Origin: Octopus vulgaris
Lineage: Eukaryota
Assembly (NCBI GenBank): GCA_951406725.2
Contig: OX597820.1
Location: forward strand, 126,356,001 to 126,420,000
Length of the DNA: 64,000 nucleotides
Reading direction: 5' to 3'
Position 1 is the first letter of the stretch; the number at the start of each line of letters is the position of its first letter. The translations under genes were made by a program, and so were the position numbers. This document shows, in pieces, positions 52,554 to 64,000 of the stretch. Under the pieces are notes generated by a model. It did no database searches, had not been told where the DNA came from, and worked only from the letters and a program-made list of their open reading frames with translations.

Positions 52554-52823
52554 GTTTTTCTTCATAGCGCAGAGAAGAAATGTAAATGATATTGGTGGAT
52601 TGATATCAGTTACATGAAACACTTAAGTTATACACACACAGGGAGGGACACACAGACATCTAGATAGATAGAGGGATTTATATATATATATATATATACC
52701 TTTTGCGTGTGTGTGTGTGTATATATACATATATATATATATGTGGGTATGTATATATGATATATATCCATCTATATATATATATATATATATATATACA
52801 ATACACACACTTATTTGTGTTTT

Positions 52824-52924
<101 letters not shown>

Positions 52925-53859
52925 TTGCGTGTGTGTGTGTGTGCGTGTATACAAAAAAAAAGACAAGCAAGTAGTAGCAAACCTCGCTGTACCTGTTGTC
53001 TATTGCTGGCTCATGAGATATTTATTACACTTTGCTCTGCAAGATCTATTTTCGTGTACAGTGAAACTGACACTGGATATTATTTAGATATCCTACCCCT
53101 CGCCTCTATCTTCACAGGTTCCCTTTCTCCCTTCTCTTTATTATTCAACTCCAACTCTACTACAGCTACTACCATTATTTCTACCTTACTCCAACCACTC
53201 AACCACTACTAATGTGCAATCTGACATTTTTCTGCAACACCCCTTCCAAAAAAATAAATTGGCAAAAGAAGGTGCATCTGGTTTAAATCTTTAGTTATGA
53301 TTATTATTATAATTGTTATATTTTAATTTTATTTATTGTCTATTATCCATAATTCATTTTATTTGGTTGATTGAGTTTCTGCTGGTCTGAAATCTCAGAA
53401 CAAATATTTCTGTTAAACCCAAATATTTATTTAATTTTTTGTCCTCTTCCCTCAACAATTAATCTTTGTTTGGGTCTTTTCAGTTTTATATACCAAATCC
53501 GGTTTTTATGAAAATTTTCCACCCCTCCTCCTAAAAGATAGGCTTATGAATTATGTAATTAACACGAAAAACTGTATCAGTGTAAAATATTTTTTTTAAA
53601 AAGCCGTTTTTGTGTGCCAAATAGAAAAGATCTTTTTGTTATGATTTTTCGAACATTTGCTTGTGTTTAAGAATTTGAGAATATTATACTCAACGACTTA
53701 TGACGTTTCAGACGAAAGCTAACTCATTTACTTTTCAAATGAAATGTAATATACATACATACATGCATACATACATACATACATACATACATACATACAT
53801 ACATACATACATACATACATACATACATACATACATACATACATACATACATACATACA

Positions 53860-53890
<31 letters not shown>

Positions 53891-53958
53891 GTACATACAT
53901 ACATACATACATACATACATACATACATACATACATACATACATACATACATACATAC

Positions 53959-54038
53959 CCTATTGATGTTGTTGAAATTCCAATGATGGAACCTTCGATC
54001 TAGGTTACAAAGCGATTTATTCTCTATTGGCAAGAAAT
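53959..54038 (-). CDS. Candidate exon xFLPIENKSLCNLDRRFHHWNFNNINR (phase 1 in, phase 0 out)
   Basis: tattatttcaag|AT...AGG|gtatgt; the donor is the edge of a microsatellite. Confidence 0.25.
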
Positions 54039-54303
54039 CTTGAAATAATACTGAATACCACCCTTTCAAACCACCTCTCAAATCTTAATCTTATTCCATG
54101 TACAACTTAATCTCATCACGCCAAGCTGACATTGTGACCACGATTAGGCACCTAGAAGATGACCTGAAGTGAGGCCACACCAATTTTGTTTCTTTTAACA
54201 GCAAAGAAAAACACTCACTGGACATACGAAGAAAACATAATGGTATTGGACACCACTCTCACCACCGCTAATAAAGAAAAACAAACTTAAATAGCACGAA
54301 ACG

Positions 54304-54418
54304 AGGGTTTCGCGCCCATAAAGCGCTTAGCTTTACACACGTCTCGTCAGACCCTAATGCCTCTATGGGGTTTGATGAGACGTGTGTAAAGCTGAGCGCT
54401 TTATGAATGCAAAACCCT
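54304..54418. repeat. Hairpin with ~50-bp arms and short loop
   Basis: 54304-54354 pairs with 54368-54418; all mismatches are transitions. Confidence 0.9.
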
Positions 54419-54914
54419 GGATAACCCCATGAACCGGTCATAGCTAACATCTGTTCTGTAACTTAGTGTGTGCTCCTCTTTCGGATTTATGATTTATTGA
54501 CGATAGAATCATATATATATATATATATATATGCTTGTGTGTGTGTGTCGAATTATATATGTAGGTTTGTATATATATATATATACATGTATATACATAA
54601 TCACTAGAAGTCAAGAACTATGTCAAAGACAGAAAAAGATAACAGATCGTGTACGTATGTGCATGTGTGTGTGTGTATTCATCTATGTGTGTGCATGCAT
54701 AGTTATATTTATACACGCTTATGTGTGTGTGGGGGGGCATGATATGGTTTTCGTGTTTGTCTATATATATGTGTGTGAATGAGTGTGTGCATGAATATCG
54801 GTGCGTAAATATGTTAGCTATTTAGCAGCTGGCGGCACAGTTAAGCAGCAGTAAGTAGGTATCACACGATGATGTAGATCACTGCTGTAAGCAGCAAGAG
54901 CAACGTGTTCTCAG

Positions 54915-55020
54915 TTATTCTGCAGGGCAGTGGCTCTTAAGCTGGGCAATAGCGTCCTCTTGACGATATTGCGAGCTCCCAAGGAGGATAGCAAATCTCA
55001 TAAAGTCGCTAGGAGTAGCA
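54915..55020 (-). CDS. Candidate last exon (phase 2 ATPSDFMRFAILLGSSQYRQEDAIAQLKSHCPAE*; phase 1 xLLLATL*)
   Basis: acccttttaaacacccag|TG; GC-richer unique island. Confidence 0.3.
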
Positions 55021-56441
55021 CTGGGTGTTTAAAAGGGTCGTAATTTTGCTTAAGAAATAAAATATTTAAACCAGGTACGATAAATGTATTTTAAACAAAA
55101 AAATACGGCGAACTTAGCATGCCGGGGAAAATACTTGCGGCAATTTTTCCGACAGGATACAAACTGCCCATGTCAAACTTGTCATCACCATCGGCTGCCT
55201 CATCCTTATTTAACTTATTAAATCTATTTTGTATGCCGCCCTTTCATAACACCTTTCACAGAAAGCCAGTGTGGAAGGAGTCCACAACGTGGTTGCTCCA
55301 CCTGCTAAGAAATTAACAGAAGTCAAACCGCCTTCATATAATGCCCAAACGTGTTCTAAAATAATGGACGGACATATTGATCAATTGGGTCTTAAATGCA
55401 GTGTTTTAATTAAAGAATTTAATTAAAGAATAATTTCATTTATACATCTTCACGACTAGGAAGCACCTTTAACACAGATGCACCAAAATAATTATCAATC
55501 AGGAAGAAGGCGACGAATTGGCAGAATCGTTAGAACGTCAGGGAAAATGCTTGGCGGTATTTGTTCCGACTCATTAAGTTCTGAGTTCAAATCCAACCGG
55601 GGTCAACTTTGACTTTCACCTCTTTTCATGTCGGATGATAGAATAAAGTACCAAAGGAGTATTGGGTTCGGGGGTATCGACATAGCACCGCCACCCACCC
55701 ACTTCAAATAGTGGTTCCAAATTTTGACACAAGGCCAACAATTCCGGCGGAGTGGGTAAGTGGATAACATCAACCCCAGTACCCAACTGGTATTTATTTT
55801 ACCAACCGCGAAAGGATAAAAAGCGATAGAATAAGTACTAGGCTTACAAAGAATAAGACCTGGGGTCGATTTGCTCGACTAAAGTCGGTGCACCAACATG
55901 GCCACAGTCAAATGACTGAAACAAGTAAAAGAGTAAACGAACATGTTCATGATACACACACACACGCATGCAAGAATGCACGCATGCAGACACACACACA
56001 CACACGTGCACACATACATACATGCGCCACAAAGCAATGCTTCATGATCTCATCTGTGAGGCTACAAGCAAAACAAAATCTAAAGAGCTTATATAATCGC
56101 ATACATATAAGTGTGCGTAGCCACATATAAATTCTCATATAAACATACAGCCATTTAAAAGTAACCATAACCCACGCACAAACGCACCCACGCGCTCTAA
56201 TATAGGTATCTCTGCTGAATTTCAGATGTTCTAGAATTTCTACAACCACCACTACTACTACTACTACTACTATCATCTGATATTGCCAACATGGCAACCG
56301 TGCATTCAACATGGTGACCACTACTACCGTCTAATATAGCGCCATATTTTTCATATCCCTACTAAATTTCAGTACTATAATTGTCATCCATATTAACACT
56401 GATATATATACTTATATATATATGTGTGTGTGTGTGTGTTT

Positions 56442-56495
<54 letters not shown>

Positions 56496-56649
56496 TGTGT
56501 ATTGGTGGGTGTATATAAAATACTTATAGAGACAAATAGACAGACAGTTACATATATACATGTGTGTGTATGTATATATTCATACGTTGATATATATTAT
56601 ATATATATATGAATGCATATGTGTGCATATGTGTGTGTGTGTGTGTGTA

Positions 56650-56844
56650 CACGAGAGGGTACTATAAAGTTCTTGGCTTCGCGTAACAGAAAATAGAGGA
56701 GGACCAGTTAATTATGATTTTATCAAACGTATTCTCCTCTCAGATTCCGGGTTTTCTAAGCCGTCTAAGAGAATTCAAAATGTTGGGCCTCCAATCACGC
56801 CTTTCAAGATACCCTTAAAGCCAGAAATATTTCAACACCACTTC

Positions 56845-56846
<2 letters not shown>
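56650..56846. mobile_element. Mariner-derived MITE
   Basis: cacga...tcgtg termini; related to 3757-3926. Confidence 0.5.
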
Positions 56847-56923
<77 letters not shown>

Positions 56924-56932
56924 TAGATAGAT

Positions 56933-57006
<74 letters not shown>

Positions 57007-57217
57007 TACGCACACACACACATATGCGGGTGGGTGTATGTATATAACATATAGAGACAGACAGACAGACGGATATACATATGTGTGTGTGTGTTTGTGC
57101 AAGTATGTATGTATTATGTATGTATGTATCTATGTATATTATATATACTATATATGTGTATTCGCGTATATGCGTATAAGTGCATATTATATATATTTAT
57201 GTATATATGTATATATG

Positions 57218-57266
<49 letters not shown>

Positions 57267-57450
57267 ATGCATGCATATATATATGTATGCATACATATAT
57301 ACATATATACATACACACACACAAACACACACACACACTCATAAGATCATTGTATAAAACAATATTCGTCGTGGCTTACTGGGAAATAAGTGTTTAAACT
57401 TTCTCAGACCTTTCATAACGTGATACAAGTCTTTAGTGTAGCAATTGCAT

Positions 57451-57542
57451 GCGGCTGAAGAGGGCTTTAAATTATCTATTATGTCGATTATACACTGATA
57501 TAAGAATAAGTTGTTTTATAAAGCTCGAAACATGTGTACTGC
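57451..57542 (+). ncRNA. Type I hammerhead ribozyme with canonical core and long stem II loop
   Basis: gcgg-CTGAAGA-gggcttt..(~50 nt)..aaagctc-GAAA-catgtg-TA-ctgc. Confidence 0.7.
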
Positions 57543-57654
57543 GACATCCTTTGTGTTCTGTTTTTTATTTCATTTGATACATATATCCTCTCACCTCTGC
57601 TACTAGCTGGCATATACAGGTGCTTACATTTATCAAGTATCCACCCTGAATTTA

Positions 57655-57704
<50 letters not shown>

Positions 57705-57751
57705 GATCAATAAATGGTGGGGTTGTGTTGACCGCACGTGGGGAAATGATA

Positions 57752-58438
57752 AGTAAGGAAAATTTTTTTTTTTTTTTTTTTAAATGCAGAATGCTCAAAT
57801 GAAAGAAAATTTTAATAAAATGAGAAATTGATAAAATATATAAATATATATTTATTCAACCGGTTTTCGTCATTGTATGACTTGTCAAGAATATTTATGT
57901 TTTAAAAAGTTTTTTTAAAAATTAGAAAGGGGAAAAAAAGAAAGAAGCTAAAATGATAATTTTATAATTTGGGTTTTATTGAAGAACTCAAAAGAGTTGT
58001 CTCCCCTTACTCACAACACAGGAACTGAAGAACCAGAACCACAATTACTACTACTTCCTGTCCTGCAAACATGCTGAATTTAACAACACAACACATGCTC
58101 TTAATCTCTTTGGATCTTAACACCTCAAGGTAATTTTTTCGTGAACAACCATAAAACTCAAGATACACAACGAACTCACAATGTATCGGAGAACTTATTT
58201 TTTAATTTTTGTACATTTTTATCATTATTCTTTTACAAAAAACAATACAATTTTCTTTTTTTCCCCTTTCTAATTTTTAAAAAAACTTTTTAAAACATAA
58301 ATATTCTTGACAAGTCATACAATGACGAAAACCGGTTGAATAAATATATATTTATATATTTTATCAATTTCTCATTTTATTAAAATTTTCTTTCATTTGA
58401 GCATTCTGCATTTTTAAAAAAAAAAAATTTTCCTTACT
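57752..58438. mobile_element. Foldback element with ~190-bp near-perfect inverted arms (inverted Penelope pLTR-like)
   Basis: 57752-57943 is the reverse complement of 58252-58438; each arm carries a hammerhead-like motif. Confidence 0.8.
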
Positions 58439-58846
58439 ATATATATATATATATTATATTCTGTATATATATATAAAGAAAGAGAGAGAGAGAGAGAGAG
58501 ATCCTCACAAATAGCGCTTATATAATATCCGCTCTTAGGTGGAATATATCAAAGTATTCCAGATATTTGCCCGTAAAATGTCTTTCAATTTGTTTTGTAG
58601 GTAACAAGTTCTGATATGAATAACAGAAACAAGAGTCTAGGTTGGCATCAAACAATCCCATACTATATGAGTAGTATAGCACCGCTGTACTGTTAAGAAG
58701 TTCACTTTACAATCACGTGGTTTAAGGTCCCTCGCTCATACTGCGCGATACCTAACGTAAAATGTTTCCTATCCTAACCACTACATGTAGAATATCGTAA
58801 ACGGAAATTATGCGAAAGCACAGGGAGTGTATGCGAACGTGTGTGT

Positions 58847-58927
<81 letters not shown>

Positions 58928-59045
58928 TACGGCTGTTTTGTCCACAGCTGCCTTCTTGTCTCCAGATATTCTGTATTTTGCCAAAATGATATGTAAAGTT
59001 ACGCTCAGGAATTCTTGATTCTCCTCTTCTCATTTCAAGTTAATG

Positions 59046-59077
59046 CTATTTGCCATCAAGCGATTGTTTTACCGTTT
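59046..59077 (-). CDS. Candidate last exon xTVKQSLDGK*
   Basis: ttatctccgctttcag|AAACG; phase 1 is the longest. Confidence 0.25.
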
Positions 59078-59209
59078 CTGAAAGCGGAGATAATTTCAAT
59101 AAATCAAAAATTCAACTCATATGCTATTTTGATATGACCACGTTTGTTTATCTGTGTTCAAATCTATGCCGCTGACCACTCTGGTTTCCTTGGTTCATTT
59201 TATCGGTTC

Positions 59210-59234
<25 letters not shown>

Positions 59235-59243
<9 letters not shown>

Positions 59244-59650
59244 CTGAGAATGTCTGTATGTTTGTCTGTCTGTTTGTGTGGATCTCTAAAACTTGAGAAC
59301 TACACAAATCAATTTCATTACACATGCCTTACTTAGGGTCCATGGAGTATCATGGGCAAAAAAATTGTTTAACTTCTTACCTAGGGTGAGCCCACAGCAA
59401 TATCATATCTTCTCTGCTATTTCAGTATTACGTGTTAAAAGTGAAACAAAACATCTCTATATTGTAATGTCACATGCTTTCACTTTAATATTGAAACGAA
59501 TAAAGTAAAACTATTATATCAGAGGGATAAAACCATTAACAGTGGACATCCATTTTGCTAGAAGAAGATCCGCTATGGTTTTATATGCTACACCACTGGT
59601 TTTCAATTCATATTAATCAAATTAATATTCACCTTTTCACCCTTATTATT
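59235..59650 (+). mobile_element. Probable non-autonomous Helitron-like fragment
   Basis: (TA)n-aactgagaatg-(TCTG)n start typical of such repeats; no 3' hairpin seen. Confidence 0.35.
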
Positions 59651-59658
59651 TTAAATTT

Positions 59659-59696
<38 letters not shown>

Positions 59697-59787
59697 ATAT
59701 ATATAGATGTATACATATAGATGTATATATAGAGATGAATATATATATATTCACATGTATATATATGGATGTATATATATATATAAT

Positions 59788-60220
59788 TTTTTGCGTAATG
59801 AGATAAAAAAAACCAAGGCTGTATAAATATTAGAGCATTTATAGATAGGTCTTACAGCTGTTTCTAGGGTATTAATTAATAATATCCCTTCATCGGAGAC
59901 GGTGTGAGAGGAGAAATTAAGTCATAGTTAGTTTCGATGTGATACAAATAGAGAGTGAGGTGGAGGAAAGGAAATAGATGTAAGATATGTATGGTTATTG
60001 AATTCGTAAATCCGTTTTATAGGCATAATAGTAAATATGTGTAATATTCCAATATCCTTTGAGTAAAATCCAAAAGTCCAACAGACTTTAATATGAGTCC
60101 ATCCAAATGTAAAGTTTATAAGTAATGTAAGATTCTCTTTAAGTTGGTCATTCCCAGGAGGGAATTTATACAGAATGTAGCAGATCTGAGGGTTGTGTTT
60201 ATCTCATTACGCAAAAACTT
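59788..60220 (-). mobile_element. Penelope-like 3'/pLTR fragment bounded by a short inverted repeat
   Basis: ttttgcgtaatgagataaa / tttatctcattacgcaaaa; contains a hammerhead. Confidence 0.6.
59849..59900 (-). ncRNA. Minimal type I hammerhead motif, U4C variant
   Basis: gtct-CCGATGA-aggg..ccct a-GAAA-cagctg-TA-agac. Confidence 0.7.
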
Positions 60221-60554
60221 CATATATACACACGCTGACATAGAACCAACTTTGAACCATTTATTCGCAATATTACCGAATCTGGAACTTAACTATGGTC
60301 TGTCTATAGCACTTATTCAGCATTACCTGACACCTTTGGGTATTAATGACACCATTATATCTTATATACATATATATATACATGTATATATATAGATGTA
60401 TATGTATAGCTGTATATGTATATATGTATATGTATAGCTGTTGGTATGGCTGTTTTCGTATATGTGGAATAGCATTATAACACATCCGTTTGATATATAT
60501 ATGTGTGTGTGTGTGCGTGCATGCGTGTGTGTGTGAGTGTGTGTATACGTATGC

Positions 60555-60596
<42 letters not shown>

Positions 60597-60599
60597 ATA

Positions 60600-61622
60600 A
60601 AACGGTAAGATAACAAAAGAAAAGAAAGCAAAAGAAAGAAAGAGACCTCAATATTATGTAAATAGAGGAAATTTATCTATACAATAATATGTTACATTAC
60701 TCGGTAGTCAAGATAAAACTCTGAGTTTCAGATGCCGAAGTGGAAATCCACAACACCATCTCTTCGGTTATCTGGCTATTTGAAAACGTTATGAAAAAAT
60801 ACCGTTAAATAAAGGGAAATTACTCTGTTATAACTCTGCTTGCCTGCGTACTTATACATCGCTCGCATTTTTCGTCATAAAAATTATATAAAAATACATA
60901 AAAAATATATAAAAAATATATAAAAAATATATAAATTCTTCTTGGGACATAACATAGAAAGTATGTTCTATCTGTTTTCTTTAGGGGACCAAAAACGTAA
61001 CAGAAAATTAGTCACATGTGGGCATGATCCGAAAAGCTCTGTCCTTGTATTTAGACATGTAGTAGGGTCTAAGCTGCTTTTCCAGATAAGCCATCTCTCC
61101 ATGTCGCATAGACCGCACCTTCCGCTGCCGTTAGTATAGGGCTTACATCTGGCCAAAATCTTCCATTGTATGTTATAATCGACACCTTTATCTCTTAAAG
61201 ACCAAATATGATTGGACAATTGTGTCGCTTTTCTTTTGTTCCAGTGCCTAAAGCTCAAAGTGTGGTTATTGAACCTGGCCTTGAAATTACCCTCTGTAAG
61301 GCCCACGTATTTCTTCGTCGAAACGGTGTCTTTAGTGGTTATAGAGTTTATGGTAGCTTCATATATGATGGTCTTGGACATGCAAGCTCCATTTAGCGGG
61401 CACAATTCTTTATTCCTGCATGAACAGCTGTTTTCTTCTTGTGTTTTTTGTATGTTATGTTTGATTATGTTTTTAAAATTGGTAGTTGAACTAAAACTAA
61501 TTTTTAAATTGTGTCTATTGAAGAGTTTCCTATAAGTATGGTTAACTGGAAAATGTCTATCTATCAGTGCTAGGAAATATTTACCTATATTGAAGGCCAC
61601 CTCGGGTGAGTAAGGGGGCGCA
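60600..61622 (-). mobile_element. 5'-truncated Penelope-like element: uninterrupted GIY-YIG frame plus pLTR
   Basis: ORF 60968-61633: PPYS..CSCRNKELCPLNGAC..IIYEATI..KYVGLTEGNFKARFNNH..CGLCDMER..LNTRTEL..CPH. Confidence 0.92.
60711..60773 (-). ncRNA. Type I hammerhead motif in the Penelope pLTR, U4C variant
   Basis: agataa-CCGAAGA-gatg..gtgga ttt ccac..catc t-GAAA-ctcagag-TT-ttatct. Confidence 0.75.
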
Positions 61623-61627
61623 TATAT

Positions 61628-61770
61628 ATTCAATTACGAATTAAAAGTAGCACTGGTGTTGTTGCCATTATCGACCGTACATGCGTAATATTTGTAATTC
61701 GTAATTACATTAATCATGTGCGGTCGATAATGTTTACAACACTAGTGCTGCTTTTAATTCGTAACTGAAT
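61628..61770. repeat. Hairpin with ~56-bp arms
   Basis: 61628-61683 pairs with 61715-61770. Confidence 0.9.
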
Positions 61771-61887
61771 TTCATCATACGTATATTTGCTGTGACATGT
61801 CAGCAAATGGTTTTACACTGGCGATTCTATTTGTTCCCGGCTCGGTTCAGGTAAGTGATGTTGATAAGCCAGAAAAATAGTGAAATA

Positions 61888-61994
61888 TCAGTATTCATCA
61901 CTGATGAATGAGACCGTGGGTGAGTCGTCCCGCCTGTCTATGACTTTCGGGTGTCTTAACACCCAGCGTTTATGAAGGAGTCGTCCCCAACGCG
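61888..61994 (-). CDS. Candidate last exon: [35 protein letters not shown]
   Basis: gctttgtttcttcgccgtttcgctgccgaatag|CG; phase 1 gives 35 codons vs 12 and 7. Confidence 0.5.
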
Positions 61995-62077
61995 CTATTC
62001 GGCAGCGAAACGGCGAAGAAACAAAGCACATACACTGAGTATGTGCGGTCAATAATGTACGTATAATATATACAGGA

Positions 62078-62243
<166 letters not shown>

Positions 62244-62247
62244 GGAT

Positions 62248-62321
<74 letters not shown>

Positions 62322-62399
62322 GGATAAATGGATGGATGGATGAATGGATGGATGGATGGATAACTTTCTTTATTGGCCACACAGGGCTGGATACAGAGG

Positions 62400-62461
<62 letters not shown>

Positions 62462-62912
62462 GTAGGTAGGTAGGTAGGTAGGTAGGTAGGTAGGTATGTA
62501 GGTAGGTAGGTAGGTAGATAGATAGGAGGCAGATTGGAATGTATAGTTGGGAAAAGAAAGCAGAACAATAACGAAAGAAAACAAATTTATTATTGCATTG
62601 CCTTATCTATAAGAATCGCAGAATCTATAGGCTGTATATATATATATACATGCAAAACATACGAGCAATAAGTGAAACTAAACTTAACATTCTCACAAGT
62701 AATAACCGTTATCAACATATGTAAGTAATAAAACAGACTGAAGCAATGAAGCAACAAGAAACGGTGAGAAGAAAAACGATCCAAAGTAGCTACAAAACAA
62801 CAATATCGAGAAATGAAACAATGGAACATTAAACAAATATTTTGTATACGTGCACATATTTACAACACACACATAGATAAATACATACATGAGTATCTGT
62901 GTGATGTATGTA

Positions 62913-62955
<43 letters not shown>

Positions 62956-63280
62956 ATTATTAAAATTATAATTTAGGGTATCTAAGAGATGCCACCACGC
63001 TGGAAATAGCGGCCAAAACTTGACTGTAAAACCACATTAAATGCTCATACGGCACCAGGAGAGGAGACAAAGAGACAAAATATACCAGCAAAAAATTACT
63101 GAATTCCAGATCCCGGATTTCTGACTTTGCATAAGAAATGGTCTGCCTTCATCAATGGAATATAATCAGATAGCGCATAAATACGAATATATATATAACA
63201 TACGAATACTTACATATACGAACGTATACATACATACATATATATGCACGTATGCACACGACCAATTTAAATTGCCCGCC

Positions 63281-63330
<50 letters not shown>

Positions 63331-63332
<2 letters not shown>

Positions 63333-63503
63333 TGCAGCATGGAAGGTGTTTATAAGCCATTTAAGAAACACACAAAACCGTTAGATTCACTTCAACATTT
63401 AAATTTAATTTGTCAAAATATTTTCGTCGCTTTGAGACCGCGACCTGTGCACGAAGTTTTGTGTGTTTCTTAAATGGCTTATAAACACCTTCCACGCTGC
63501 AAT
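63331..63503. repeat. Inverted repeat with 48-bp arms (pLTR-like)
   Basis: 63331-63378 vs 63456-63503; the spacer holds a half-hammerhead. Confidence 0.85.
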
Positions 63504-63559
63504 CGTTTTCGTTCCAGCACACGATCTCAGATCAAGTCACTCGCTATGCAAGTACATCT

Positions 63560-63645
<86 letters not shown>

Positions 63646-63747
63646 CTGTTTGCGGAAAAAACAAAATGATCCACATTTAATTACATGTTCTCATTCACTG
63701 TGCGACGCAGAGTTAGATATTTATTGAATGTGTTAACTGACTTGTCC

Positions 63748-63795
63748 TCTCCTGATGAAGCCCTCTAGATCGAAACGACTTGTAAATCGTAGAGA
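63748..63795 (+). ncRNA. Type I hammerhead-like motif with canonical core and weak stem II
   Basis: tctc-CTGATGA-agccctctagatc-GAAA-cga cttgtaaa tcg-TA-gaga. Confidence 0.5.
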
Positions 63796-63863
63796 TTAAC
63801 TGTATCAACAGACAGACAGACAGGAAGGCGGGCAGGCAGGCAGATAGACAGACAGGCAGACAT

Positions 63864-63897
<34 letters not shown>

Positions 63898-63945
63898 GGA
63901 CAGGTAGACAGGCAGGCAGGCAGACAGACAGACAGACAGACAGAC

Positions 63946-64000
<55 letters not shown>

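Noticed and set aside
55092-55245. Protein-like minus-strand frame FNKLNKDEAADGDDKFDMGSLYPVGKIAASIFPGMLSSPYFFV*
   Set aside because: No convincing acceptor or start codon
61804-61856. Plus-strand donor CAG|GTAAGT and scattered plus-strand acceptors (6653, 8513, 46604, 51311, 53117)
   Set aside because: No coherent plus-strand exon chain; kept as a measure of the chance background for splice-like sites

Overview
AT-rich, microsatellite-saturated animal genomic DNA. The tRNA-derived SINE families, Penelope-like, Tx1/L1, RLE-type and mariner remnants, and dense (TA)n/(CA)n/(GATA)n/(CATA)n tracts fit an Octopus-type cephalopod genome (recognised by eye, not searched). No complete gene is present, and almost all long ORFs in the track are microsatellite artefacts. 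Two things stand out. (1) The unique islands between repeats repeatedly begin, on the minus strand, with a 3' splice site followed by a short unrelated reading frame and a stop, often with AATAAA and usually without a donor. About 30 such candidates span the window and the longest frames are most often phase 1. Two AG/GTAAGT-bounded microexons, a 90-nt cassette exon with a dead tandem copy, and a possible competing RNA pairing lie among them. This suggests a large array of alternative last exons of a gene whose constant part lies beyond position 64000. It is a hypothesis: the sites were hand-picked and the phase is not fully resolved. (2) There are five complete and a few degenerate type I hammerhead ribozyme motifs, several within Penelope pLTR remnants, with core variants (U4C, compensatory U3-A8, a damaged G3-C8).
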